A DNA stretch of 64,000 nucleotides from an uncultured Bacteroidales bacterium (GTDB lineage: Bacteria > Bacteroidota > Bacteroidia > Bacteroidales > VadinHA17): assembly GCA_963831935.1 (NCBI GenBank), contig CAWHSH010000001.1:128389-192388 (forward strand), given 5' to 3'. Position 1 is the first letter of the stretch; the number at the start of each line of letters is the position of its first letter. Position numbers and translations under genes: made by a program. The notes under the pieces are model-generated. The model was not told where the DNA came from and made no database searches. It worked only from the letters and a program-made list of their open reading frames with translations. Shown here in pieces: positions 31,511 through 40,472 of the stretch.

Positions 31511-32869
31511 ATGACTGAGAGACCAGTTAAAATTTTTGTGGTTGAAGACAATGAATGGTATAACAAGCTTTTGGTTCACACTCTGTCTTTAAATCCGGAT
31601 TATGAAATAAGAAGCTTTTTCAACGCCGGTGATTTCCTTAATTGCCTCCATGAATCACCCGATATTGTCACTCTCGATTACAGACTGCCTGATATTTCAG
31701 GTCTGGAAGTACTTAAAAGGATCCGGCAGGAAAACACCGATGTGCAGGTTATTCTGATCTCCGAGCAGGAAGATATAAATATGGTTGTAACCCTGTTAAA
31801 ATTAGGCGCTTATGACTATATAACCAAATCAAACGATATCAAGGACCGGCTTCTCAACACAATACAGAACCTAAGGAATGACATTGGACTTAAAATGGAG
31901 ATCTCAAGCCTGCGCAGGGAGGTTCAGAAGAAATACAGTTTCCGGCAGAGCATTCTTGGCGAAAGTCCGGCTATAAAAAGTGTTTACGAACTGATAGAGA
32001 AAGCTCTGGATACGAATATCACAGTTATCATTTCCGGTGAAACAGGAACGGGTAAAGAACTGGTAGCAAAAGCAATACATTATAACTCAAGGCGGAAGGA
32101 TAAATCCTTTGTAGCCGTAAATGTTCCTGCCATCCCCTCAGAACTTATAGAAAGCGAATTATTCGGTCACGAAAAAGGGGCGTTTACAGGAGCCTCATTC
32201 AGACGCATCGGCCGGTTTGAAGAAGCTGATGGCGGTACTCTTTTCCTCGATGAAATCGGGGAAATGGAACCGAATTTACAGACCAAATTACTTCGTGTCC
32301 TGCAGGAAAAGGAGATAGTCCGGATCGGAAGCAATAAACCGGTTAAAACCGACTGCAGGATCATCGCTGCTACCAATAAAAACCTGAAGGAGGAGGTGAA
32401 AAAAGGTAATTTCAGGGATGACTTGTATTACAGGCTTTTAGGTTTACCGATCGAATTACCTCCCTTGCGTGACAGGGCAAATGACATACTCATACTTGCA
32501 AGGCATTTTATGGAAAGTTTCTGCAATGAAAATAATATCCCGTTAAAGAAACTGTCCCCTCAGGCTCAAAAAAAACTGATGAGTTACTCTTTTCCGGGAA
32601 ATATACGGGAGCTGAAATCAATGGTTGAGCTTGCAATCACCTTATCTGTGAACGAGGAGATCGAACCCTCCGACTTTGCCATGGATGCGAACGAAACCCA
32701 GCTTTGGGAAACCGGCAATGATATGACCCTAAGGGATTATGAATTGAAAATCATCAGGGCAACCCTGAGAAAATACAATAACGACATTGGCCTGACAGCT
32801 AAAAAGCTCGATATAGGTGTTTCTACAATTTACAGGATGTTAAAGGAAGAAAAGAATCCTGAAAACTAA
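31511..32869 (+). CDS. Sigma-54-dependent response regulator (NtrC family: REC, AAA+, Fis-type HTH)
   Basis: Receiver IFVVEDNEWYNKLL...TLDYRLPD. Walker A GETGTGKE. ESELFGHEKGAFTGA carries the GAFTGA sigma-54 contact motif. C-terminal HTH is LTAKKLDIGVSTIYRMLK. Confidence 0.9.
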   Translation: MTERPVKIFVVEDNEWYNKLLVHTLSLNPDYEIRSFFNAGDFLNCLHESPDIVTLDYRLPDISGLEVLKRIRQENTDVQVILISEQEDINMVVTLLKLGAYDYITKSNDIKDRLLNTIQNLRNDIGLKMEISSLRREVQKKYSFRQSILGESPAIKSVYELIEKALDTNITVIISGETGTGKELVAKAIHYNSRRKDKSFVAVNVPAIPSELIESELFGHEKGAFTGASFRRIGRFEEADGGTLFLDEIGEMEPNLQTKLLRVLQEKEIVRIGSNKPVKTDCRIIAATNKNLKEEVKKGNFRDDLYYRLLGLPIELPPLRDRANDILILARHFMESFCNENNIPLKKLSPQAQKKLMSYSFPGNIRELKSMVELAITLSVNEEIEPSDFAMDANETQLWETGNDMTLRDYELKIIRATLRKYNNDIGLTAKKLDIGVSTIYRMLKEEKNPEN

Positions 32870-32954
32870 CCTTATTTCCACAAGTCTTCCTGCTTATTCA
32901 GATTTATTCGGGGTCGTGTGACTCCGTGGTAAAGGAATTTTTCATTAGAAATTC

Positions 32955-32985
32955 TTCTCAAAATGAGAATTGTTTCTCAAAATGA
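32955..32985 (+). promoter_or_regulatory. Direct repeat TTCTCAAAATGA x2 (19-bp register); candidate enhancer-binding-protein site
   Basis: Identical 12-mers at 32955-32966 and 32974-32985. They lie ~70-100 bp upstream of the candidate -24/-12 element and just downstream of the NtrC-type gene. Confidence 0.3.
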
Positions 32986-33055
32986 ACAAATCCATAACTT
33001 ATGTGGTTATGAATAATGAGCTCATATTTAGTACACTAAGTTTAACTTTATACAT

Positions 33056-33071
33056 CGGCCCGTCATTTGTA
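33056..33071 (+). promoter_or_regulatory. Candidate sigma-54 (-24/-12) promoter
   Basis: cGGCcCG-tcat-TTGta compared with the consensus TGGCACG-N4-TTGCW. The GG-N10-G spacing is kept but the -12 C is a T. It sits ~90 nt upstream of the ATG at 33163. Confidence 0.3.
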
Positions 33072-33162
33072 CTTTGGACATGAACCCGGAATCGGAATAA
33101 AATTCACTTTTAAAGAAATTCTATAAATAATGATTATTTAACTTAATTAAGGAGGAAAAAAA

Positions 33163-34149
33163 ATGGAAAACAAAGAAACCGCAGGCCGTGATTTAGCAAA
33201 CCAGCGCCTGGCTGAGCAAAACAAACTGGAAAACGCGAAGAAAGAAGGGCGTGCAAAAGGAGTACTGATCACCGCAATTATCGGTCTTCTCCTTCTCCTC
33301 GCACTGGGCGTACTGGGGTATTCACTCTATAACCGTGAACACAATAATCAGATCGCCCTTATGGAGAATCAGAAAAATTCATTTATGGAGCAGCTTACTG
33401 CCCGTGATTCCATGATCAACGACTGGCTGTCCACCTTCGATCAGATTGAAAAAAATCTGACCATGATAAAAGAGAAGGAAAAACTGCTCACTGTAAAGTC
33501 GTCATCGAATACAGAAGTATCAAAGAACAGGAAGGAACAGATTATGGAAGATATAAAAACAATAAATAATCTGATCGATGAGAACAAAAAGAAAATTGCG
33601 AACTTAAGTGCTCAGTTGAAAAAATCGGGCAATACCATCAAGGGCCTGGAGGAAAGGATAGCCACCCTCGAAGCAACAACAAAACAATATGAGAATGACA
33701 TAGCTGAATTAAGGACGACCATTGGCACCAAGGATTTAGAGATTGGACAACTTAATACAACAATGGTAGCTCTTAACGACACACTTACCCGGAAGAATGA
33801 AAAAATAAATGTTCAGATAAGTAAGCTGCATCAGGGATTTCTCGCTTCCGGTACTTTTAAGGATCTGAAGGCAAAGGGTCTGCTTACAAAAGAAGGTGGT
33901 TTTCTAGGCCTTGGCAGGAGGGAAAATATGGTAGGAGATTTTCCTGACAGCCTCTTCACTGAGATTGATGTCACCCAAACCAAGTCCATTCCCGTTAACT
34001 CAAAGTCGGTCAAACTCATAACTGAACACCCTGTAAACTCGTATGAGCTGATTCGTGAAGGCGATAATAAGATCGCTTCTATTGAGATAAAAGACCCTCA
34101 GGAGTTCTGGAAGATTTCAAAATATGCTGTTGTTGAACTGATTAAGTAG
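33163..34149 (+). CDS. Membrane-anchored coiled-coil protein with a conserved-looking C-terminal globular domain
   Basis: 328 aa. One TM helix (VLITAIIGLLLLLALGVLGYSLY), ~170 aa of heptad-like Lys/Glu/Leu-rich sequence, then ...GTFKDLKAKGLLTKEGGFLGLG...ITEHPVNSYELI...FWKISKYAVVELIK. No firm family assignment. Confidence 0.6.
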   Translation: MENKETAGRDLANQRLAEQNKLENAKKEGRAKGVLITAIIGLLLLLALGVLGYSLYNREHNNQIALMENQKNSFMEQLTARDSMINDWLSTFDQIEKNLTMIKEKEKLLTVKSSSNTEVSKNRKEQIMEDIKTINNLIDENKKKIANLSAQLKKSGNTIKGLEERIATLEATTKQYENDIAELRTTIGTKDLEIGQLNTTMVALNDTLTRKNEKINVQISKLHQGFLASGTFKDLKAKGLLTKEGGFLGLGRRENMVGDFPDSLFTEIDVTQTKSIPVNSKSVKLITEHPVNSYELIREGDNKIASIEIKDPQEFWKISKYAVVELIK

Positions 34150-34184
34150 CGTCAGGTCAGAGGCAACAATCAATAAGTCTTTGT

Positions 34185-34250
34185 GGTTTCAGTACCAGGA
34201 ATTATCAGCAAGGTCCAAGCTTTTAATTCCGCGTACTGAAACCTTTTTTT
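34185..34250 (+). terminator. Long-stem rho-independent terminator
   Basis: GGTTTCAGTAC...GTACTGAAACC encloses an inner GGAATTA/TAATTCC stem and is followed by TTTTTTT. Confidence 0.6.
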
Positions 34251-34274
34251 AAAACATTCATTTCGCATGAAAAC

Positions 34275-34304
34275 TGTTAATAACTTCCCCGGGAATGTTA
34301 TTTA
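34275..34304 (+). promoter_or_regulatory. Near-palindromic box TGTTAATAAC-N12-GTTATTTA upstream of RNA candidate A
   Basis: The same box recurs at 34927-34955 upstream of candidate B, with N11 spacing. Confidence 0.35.
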
Positions 34305-34356
34305 AAGTTCTTCATTCCTAAAGCATTGTAACTGTTCTGTTTCTAACTTTGTCAAC

Positions 34357-34448
34357 GGCCAGCATCCTGTCGCCTTTCCTATTCTGGAATTAGCACAATA
34401 AAATACTGATTAACAACTTAGACAAAATCGGATGCTGGCTCCTTTATT
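34357..34448 (+). ncRNA. Candidate structured small RNA, copy A
   Basis: TAACTTTG (-7-like box, 34344-34351) lies 5 nt upstream. GGCCAGCATCC (34357-34367) pairs with GGATGCTGGCT (34430-34440). Inner hairpin TTCC-TATTCT-GGAA. T-rich tail CCTTTATT. A paralogous copy sits at 34998-35093. Confidence 0.45.
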
Positions 34449-34558
34449 AAGTTAACCTGCATCCGGCATAAAAAAATTTGATGCCGGCTGAGAATATTTT
34501 TACGGTAAAAACGTTATTAAGTGTATCTGTAGGGAAGTTTTAAACTATTTAAGGCAAA

Positions 34559-34750
34559 ATGATAACTATGGAACCTAGCGAATTAAACAATTCAATTAAT
34601 GTAAGCGCCTACAAGATAAGCCTTGCAAAGCAGCTGGAAGAGAATGCCAGAAAATTAATGGAACATTACAGAAAGCTTCAGGAATCGCAGGAGAAATTGA
34701 AGGAGAACCATAAGCAGGAAACACACAGTTTTGTCTGTGACTGGCAATAA
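34559..34750 (+). CDS. Possible 63-aa helical small protein
   Basis: ORF-track entry only (…EENARKLMEHYRKLQESQEKLKENHKQE…). It lies between the two RNA candidates. No homology recognised. Confidence 0.25.
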   Translation: MITMEPSELNNSINVSAYKISLAKQLEENARKLMEHYRKLQESQEKLKENHKQETHSFVCDWQ

Positions 34751-34926
34751 ATGACAATCCGCAAACTGAAACAACCTCAATAGCATTTGCCCGGAGCCAG
34801 GAGGTTTTGTATTTCAGGATACCATCCAGAAATTATAGCATTTTTAAGTAACAAGGTATTTTTACTACCCCTGGTCATGTTTTTTGTTACATAAGGCTCA
34901 CTTATTGAACTTTGAATGGGGTCAGT

Positions 34927-34955
34927 TGTTAATAACTTTCTGGATATGTTATTTA
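34927..34955 (+). promoter_or_regulatory. Near-palindromic box TGTTAATAAC-N11-GTTATTTA upstream of RNA candidate B
   Basis: Paralog of the box at 34275-34304. Its distance to the TAACTTTG box is 29 nt here against 39 nt in copy A. Confidence 0.35.
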
Positions 34956-34997
34956 GTAAGGAGAATTTGCAATATTTCAATATCTAACTTTGATGAC

Positions 34998-35093
34998 GGC
35001 CAGCATCCATTCTCATTTTCCTACTCTGGAAATTGTATTGGACCAAAATAATTGATTAATGCTAATAAAACGGATGCTGGCTTTCTTTATTTC
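34998..35093 (+). ncRNA. Candidate structured small RNA, copy B
   Basis: TAACTTTG at 34985-34992. GGCCAGCATCC (34998-35008) pairs with GGATGCTGGCT (35072-35082). Inner hairpin TTCC-TACTCT-GGAA. Tail TTCTTTATTT. Confidence 0.45.
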
Positions 35094-35156
35094 CCCTGGT
35101 TTAACCGGACATTTACTTTAATGTTCTTTAAACAAGATTCTCTTTGTCACATGTAA

Positions 35157-35195
35157 TAAAAAAAACAGTCCGTATTACTTAACGGGCTGTTTTTT
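35157..35195. terminator. Bidirectional rho-independent terminator
   Basis: A-run, then CAGTCCGT-attactta-ACGGGCTG, then TTTTTT. It sits 28 nt beyond the stop of the minus-strand OMP gene. Confidence 0.6.
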
Positions 35196-35222
35196 CAATT
35201 AACGATGGTTATATTCTGAATG

Positions 35223-35777
35223 TCAGAACTTCAGTGCTATACCAACATTGAGGTAAGTTACACCATAACCGAGTTCAGCCATTACGCCAAAACTGGGTTT
35301 GAAGAAATATCTTGCTCCTATATAACCTGCTGACCTTATACCACCGGATGTTGCATTATAGTTATATCCAATCGGAGTACCAAACTCTTTTGAACTTACA
35401 ATATTATAGCCAATTAACAGGCCCAGATAGGTATCCAGCTTATTGGCCAGGGGGTAGTGGAAGTTGCCTCTCACACCGACAATGATATTTGTATATTTGT
35501 AGCCCCAGTCTGAATATTCCCATTTATATGATGAATATCCAATGTACGGACCAACTCCGATAACGCCTTTTTCAAGAATATTATCGGCAACACCAAATTC
35601 AAGAGAAGCAGAAACCGGAGGCACCGAGCTATGATAATAAGTTCCGGAATACCATGTAGAGCCAAAACCGATTCCAAGATTGAGCGCTTTGTCGCCCTTT
35701 GAGAATGAGGCTTCCTGGGCAACCAGTTGGGTAAGAGCAAAACAAACCACAACTACCGAAAGAAAAAGTTTTCTCAT
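35223..35777 (-). CDS. Small outer-membrane beta-barrel protein (OmpW/porin-like)
   Basis: Signal peptide, alternating aromatic/Gly beta-strand pattern, C-terminal ...GIALKF with a terminal Phe. Confidence 0.7.
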   Translation of the reverse strand: MRKLFLSVVVVCFALTQLVAQEASFSKGDKALNLGIGFGSTWYSGTYYHSSVPPVSASLEFGVADNILEKGVIGVGPYIGYSSYKWEYSDWGYKYTNIIVGVRGNFHYPLANKLDTYLGLLIGYNIVSSKEFGTPIGYNYNATSGGIRSAGYIGARYFFKPSFGVMAELGYGVTYLNVGIALKF

Positions 35778-35975
35778 AGTTAAAAGATTTATAACATTTT
35801 GAAATTAGAAAATTAAAACATACTAATTAACATATCAACAACCATTTCAGGGTTTTGTTTAATTCCCCTTAAATATAATGAAATTTTTGGATTTGCAGAA
35901 CAGGTGCAAAAATGAGCCGAAATTGCATGTCCCTGAAACAGAAAATTCCGGGGATTTATTAAAAACTACATGTAA

Positions 35976-36692
35976 TTATATAGATCCGTGAAAGATCAGG
36001 TACATTGCAGCTGCAAGTGCTGCTCCCAATAATGGACCAAGTATCGGTACCCAGGAATAACTCCAGTCACTGTCTCTTTTGTTCGGAATAGGAAGCAAGA
36101 AATGCATTATACGCGGACCCAGGTCACGCGCCGGATTTATTGCGTATCCGGTAGGTCCTCCAAGTGATAATCCTAAACCAAGGACAACCAGAGCTACGGG
36201 GAGAGCATTCAATGAACCGAGTCCCACTTCAGGTTCAGCCATATACAGCACAGCCAGGGCGAGGACATAAGTACCAATTATTTCAGTAATTACATTATAC
36301 CAGTAGCTCCTTATATTGGGCATCGTACAGAATACCGACAGTTTTGAGTTGCCGTCTTCGGTGGCATCAAAATGCTTCTTATATGCCAGCCAAACAAGCC
36401 CGGCTCCGAACATAGCTCCCAGAAGCTGTGCGCAAACATATACCGGTACTTTACTCCACGAGAACTTATTAACGATGGCAAGAGCAAGCGTGACTGCAGG
36501 ATTAAGGTGCGCGCCGCTGAATGGGGCTGCGATTAATACTCCTGTGAATACTCCTACTGCCCACCCGAAGGTAATCACAATCCAGCCGCTGTTGTTCCCT
36601 TTTGTTTTATTCAAAAGAACATTTGACACAACTCCGCCTCCGAAGACAATTATCATTGCGGTTCCGAAAAATTCAGCAAAAAATGGATTCAT
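35976..36692 (-). CDS. glpF: Glycerol uptake facilitator (MIP/aquaporin family)
   Basis: Two NPA boxes (HLNPAVT, INPARDLGPR). Sits in an operon with glpK and glpD. Confidence 0.9.
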   Translation of the reverse strand: MNPFFAEFFGTAMIIVFGGGVVSNVLLNKTKGNNSGWIVITFGWAVGVFTGVLIAAPFSGAHLNPAVTLALAIVNKFSWSKVPVYVCAQLLGAMFGAGLVWLAYKKHFDATEDGNSKLSVFCTMPNIRSYWYNVITEIIGTYVLALAVLYMAEPEVGLGSLNALPVALVVLGLGLSLGGPTGYAINPARDLGPRIMHFLLPIPNKRDSDWSYSWVPILGPLLGAALAAAMYLIFHGSI

Positions 36693-36721
36693 ATTCCTTG
36701 TTGTTAATGTTTGGTAAGTTC

Positions 36722-36760
36722 CTTGTTGCTGGTTACTGGTAACTGGTTGCTTGTTGCTAG
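36722..36760. repeat. TTGCTGGTT/ACTGGTT-type repeat (family R3)
   Basis: cttgttgctggttactggtaactggttgcttgttgct. Relatives at 41076-41138, 48121-48195 and 61041-61105. Confidence 0.75.
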
Positions 36761-36767
36761 CACCATA

Positions 36768-36870
36768 ATTCCCCCTTTGAAGGGGGCTGAGCGTTAAAAA
36801 TTTGCCTAGTAGGCAAATTTAGCGAAGGAGCCGGCTTGAAGCGGAGATTTTGTGGTGGGGGTCAGGGGGA
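36768..36870. repeat. Double-hairpin repeat (family R4)
   Basis: CCCCCTTTGAAGGGGG-cTGAGCGTTAAAAATTTGCCTAgTAGGCAAATTTAGCGAAGGAGCC...GGGGGATGT. A second copy lies at 61175-61262. This copy sits in the glpK-glpF intergenic spacer. Confidence 0.8.
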
Positions 36871-36915
36871 TGTCATCCTTTTTGAAATTTTAATTTATTA
36901 TTAACTTATTGTTAA

Positions 36916-38412
36916 TTAATTACCGGCTGATGCCCAGGCTTCAGCAGCTTTTACTGCACGGACCCAGCCTTTGATGAGCGCCCTGGTTTCTTCTTCAGGC
37001 ATCGTTGGTGAAAAGGTTCTGTCAAGCTGCCATTGCTTTTTAATCTCTTCCATATTGTTCCAGTATTTAACGGCCAGGCCTGCGAGATAAGCTGCACCAA
37101 GAGCTGTCGTCTCGGTTATTTTTGGTCTCACAACATTTGTTCTTAGCAGATCGGCCTGGAACTGCATCAGGTTCTCATTTACAGTCGCACCACCGTCAAC
37201 ACGTAATTCCTTTATTTCTATTCCGGAATCCTTCTGCATTGCAAGCAGTACCTCAAGAGTCTGGAAAGCAATGCTGTCGAGTGCAGCACGGGCAATATGA
37301 GCTGATGTTGTCCCGCGGGTAATACCAACAATGGTGCCTCTTGCATGCTGGTTCCAGTGAGGAGCCCCCAATCCCGCAAAAGCCGGAACAAAATAAACAC
37401 CGTCGTTGTCCCTGACATTTGCAGCGAGTTTCTCTACATCACCCGACTTTGTTATTATCCCCAGCCCATCCCGCAGCCACTGGACAACTGCACCTGCAAT
37501 AAATATACTGCCTTCAAGCGCATACTGTGTTTCATTTCCGATCTTCCAGCCGATTGTAGTGAGAAGCCTGCTTTTTGATTCAATAGGCTTGTTTCCGATA
37601 TTCATCATCATGAAGCATCCTGTTCCGTAAGTGTTCTTTATCATTCCCGGCTCGGTGCACATCTGCCCGAAAAGGGCTGCCTGCTGGTCACCTGCGATAC
37701 CTGCTACAGGGATCTCTGTGGCAAACTGGCCTGCCGTGCGGCCGTAGATTTCACTTGAAGACCTTACGTCAGGCAGCATGCTGGCAGGGATACCGAATAC
37801 TTTGAGCAGATCCTTATCCCATTCGAGTGTGTGAATGTTGAACAGCATAGTCCGCGAAGCATTCGAAACATCAGTGATATGAAGCCTTCCGCCGGTGAGG
37901 TTCCAGATAAGCCATGAGTCAACAGTTCCGAAAGCCAGCTCACCTTTTTCAGCAAGCTTTCCGGCATCTTTTACATTTTCAAGGATCCACCTTACTTTTG
38001 TTGCTGAAAAATAAGCATCTATTATCAGCCCTGTCTTTTTGAGGATGATCTTGCTCTGCCCTTCTTCCTTCAGTTTATCACAAAACTCAGCGGTCCGCCT
38101 GTCTTGCCATACAATTGCATTATAAACGGGCTTGCCGGTCTTTCTGTTCCAGACAACTGTGGTCTCGCGCTGATTGGTAATTCCAATGCCTGCAATATCA
38201 TTGCTTTTCAGGCCTGCCTTTGCAATGGCCTCTGTTGCGACTCCTGCCTGGGAAGACCAGATCTCTTCAGGATTATGTTCCACCCATCCTGGTTTGGGAA
38301 AGATTTGCGTGAATTCTTTTTGGGCGGAAGCCACCGGCAGTCCGTTCCGGTTAAAAACTATTGCCCGGGAACTTGTGGTTCCCTGATCAAAGGAGAGGAT
38401 AAAATCTTTCAT
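36916..38412 (-). CDS. glpK: Glycerol kinase
   Basis: 498 aa. [14 protein letters not shown]-terminus and full-length FGGY kinase blocks ([22 protein letters not shown]). Confidence 0.95.
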   Translation of the reverse strand: MKDFILSFDQGTTSSRAIVFNRNGLPVASAQKEFTQIFPKPGWVEHNPEEIWSSQAGVATEAIAKAGLKSNDIAGIGITNQRETTVVWNRKTGKPVYNAIVWQDRRTAEFCDKLKEEGQSKIILKKTGLIIDAYFSATKVRWILENVKDAGKLAEKGELAFGTVDSWLIWNLTGGRLHITDVSNASRTMLFNIHTLEWDKDLLKVFGIPASMLPDVRSSSEIYGRTAGQFATEIPVAGIAGDQQAALFGQMCTEPGMIKNTYGTGCFMMMNIGNKPIESKSRLLTTIGWKIGNETQYALEGSIFIAGAVVQWLRDGLGIITKSGDVEKLAANVRDNDGVYFVPAFAGLGAPHWNQHARGTIVGITRGTTSAHIARAALDSIAFQTLEVLLAMQKDSGIEIKELRVDGGATVNENLMQFQADLLRTNVVRPKITETTALGAAYLAGLAVKYWNNMEEIKKQWQLDRTFSPTMPEEETRALIKGWVRAVKAAEAWASAGN

Positions 38413-38443
38413 ACCGGATCAGATTGTTTATTTGAATTATATT

Positions 38444-40003
38444 CTAAAGATAGTTAGCTGTCAAGGTTTTATACTCTTTTATCTGTTGTTCTTTCCAGGA
38501 TTCATTGAAACCAAGCTCATCAGCCATTAAATCTGCTACATCCCTGCTGGCAGCAATGCTGGCCCTGACATCAAGGAAAAGTGCCCGGGTTCTCCTTGCA
38601 AGCATGTCCTCAAGCGTTCGGGGCATCTCATTCCTGCAAATCCATATAACTTCGGCTCTGGAGTAAGGAAGTCTTTTATCGATATGCTCTCCAAGCGAAG
38701 GCTGGTCATCAATCAGTTTCTCAATTTCAGGTGCATTTCTGCCGTAAATTTTCAGCCGTTCAGACTTCAGAACTGTATTATTACTGTAAAAGCTGAATGT
38801 TCCTGTAACGCATTTTCTGTTTTCCAGCAACCCGGCTTTGATCCCCTTGTTTATTGTTTCCTCAGCCATCCGGCGGTACGAAGTCCATTTTCCACCTATT
38901 ATTGAAAGCAGTCCTGAGGGAGAAAGAGTAATCTTATGCCTCCTTGAAACTTCTTTGGTAGCTTCAGGATTATCAGGATTTGCAGCAAGCGGCCTCAAAC
39001 CTGCGAAGATGCACAAAATGTCCTCTCTTTTCGGAGGTTTTGTAAGGTATTTTCCTGCGGTTGAAAGTATAAATTCAACCTCTTTATCCATGGCTTTTGG
39101 CTCGAGGGTTATGATTTCAAGCGGAGTATCAGTTGTTCCCACCACAACTTTGCCATACCACGGAATTGCAAAGAGCACCCGGCCGTCGTCAGTTTTCGGG
39201 ATCATAATGGCTGATTTGCTCTGAAGGAAATAGTTGTCGAGAACTACATGGACTCCCTGACTCGGGCGAATTGTCGGCCTCGATGAAGGCTCATCCATCC
39301 TGTGGATTTCATCAGCAAAAACGCCCGATGCATTTATAACAATCCTGCTATGAATAGTATACTCAGTTCCCGACTCCAAATCCTTAGCCAATACCCCCGT
39401 TATTTTGCTCTTCCCGTCTTTAAGCAGACCAACGACCCTGAAATAATTAAGAATGGTTCCCCCGTTTTCCACGCTTGCTTTTGCCAGGGTGATGCCCATC
39501 CGGGAATCATCAAACTGACCATCGTGATAAACAATACCGCCCTTCAATCCATCAGATTTAAGGAGAGGAAGCCGGTTAACCGCTTCAGACTTACTTATAA
39601 AATATGATTTCCCCATGCTAAGTCTTCCTGCGAGCAGATCATAGAATTTCAGTCCTATAGTGTACAGGAAAACATCCCATAAGGTATATACCGGAATTAC
39701 AAATTCCTGGTTGGAAGTAAGATGAGGGGCATTTTTCAGAATCAGGCCCCGTTCATGTAATGCTTCAGTTACCAGCAGGATATCTCCCTGTGCAAGATAA
39801 CGCACACCTCCATGAACAAGCTTTGTGCTCCTTGACGAGGTCCCTTTTGTAAAATCGGCCTGTTCGAGAAGGAGTGTTTTATACCCGCGCGTAACAGCAT
39901 CAAACGCCACTCCAAGTCCTGTTGCCCCGCCTCCGATAATAATTACGTCCCATTGCTGCGACTGGTTGTTCTTCAGATTCCGGATCAGGGTATCACGATT
40001 CAT
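38444..40003 (-). CDS. glpD: FAD-dependent glycerol-3-phosphate dehydrogenase
   Basis: 519 aa. DVIIIGGGATGLGVA FAD fold and TSSRSTKLVHGGVRYL block. Sits upstream of glpK. Confidence 0.9.
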   Translation of the reverse strand: MNRDTLIRNLKNNQSQQWDVIIIGGGATGLGVAFDAVTRGYKTLLLEQADFTKGTSSRSTKLVHGGVRYLAQGDILLVTEALHERGLILKNAPHLTSNQEFVIPVYTLWDVFLYTIGLKFYDLLAGRLSMGKSYFISKSEAVNRLPLLKSDGLKGGIVYHDGQFDDSRMGITLAKASVENGGTILNYFRVVGLLKDGKSKITGVLAKDLESGTEYTIHSRIVINASGVFADEIHRMDEPSSRPTIRPSQGVHVVLDNYFLQSKSAIMIPKTDDGRVLFAIPWYGKVVVGTTDTPLEIITLEPKAMDKEVEFILSTAGKYLTKPPKREDILCIFAGLRPLAANPDNPEATKEVSRRHKITLSPSGLLSIIGGKWTSYRRMAEETINKGIKAGLLENRKCVTGTFSFYSNNTVLKSERLKIYGRNAPEIEKLIDDQPSLGEHIDKRLPYSRAEVIWICRNEMPRTLEDMLARRTRALFLDVRASIAASRDVADLMADELGFNESWKEQQIKEYKTLTANYL

Positions 40004-40364
40004 CTGTTCATTCTATTCGGGTAATAATGTTACAAAGAATTTTTTAGAGTCCAATAAAAATGTGTTTGAAAAAATCCAAAGAAATCCATTTAACCACGAA
40101 GTTTCACCGGGTTTCACCGAGTTCCACGTTTGTTTTACAAAAACAGGTAACATCATCCTCGTAAATACGGTTTCCAAAACCATGTTATTTCCCGATTTTT
40201 ACCTGACTGACATAGTAAACTCCGTGACAGGTTCAAAAGACCTACAGCACGGTCCACTATTGTCAGTTAAGTAAAACAATAAATCAATAACTTTAAAAAC
40301 TATTTCAAAGAACGTAAACAAACATCGAGTAGCTCACGAAGTAACCAATTAATGAAAAGAACAG

Positions 40365-40431
40365 TGTTCCTCTGTGCTAACTCCGTGCTCCCTATCAGCG
40401 GGCCGGCGGATAGGGACCGTGGTTAAAAAAA
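40365..40431. repeat. CTCTGTG/CTCCGTG...GTGGTTAAAAA repeat (family R2)
   Basis: gttcctctgtgctaactccgtgctccctatc...gatagggaccgtggttaaaaaaa. A weaker fragment lies at 40090-40129. Relatives at 42295-42385 (inverted), 49986-50057 and 55582-55657. Confidence 0.7.
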
Positions 40432-40472
40432 TGAAACCATTTTACTAAATTTGATTTTAAAATTATCATAAA

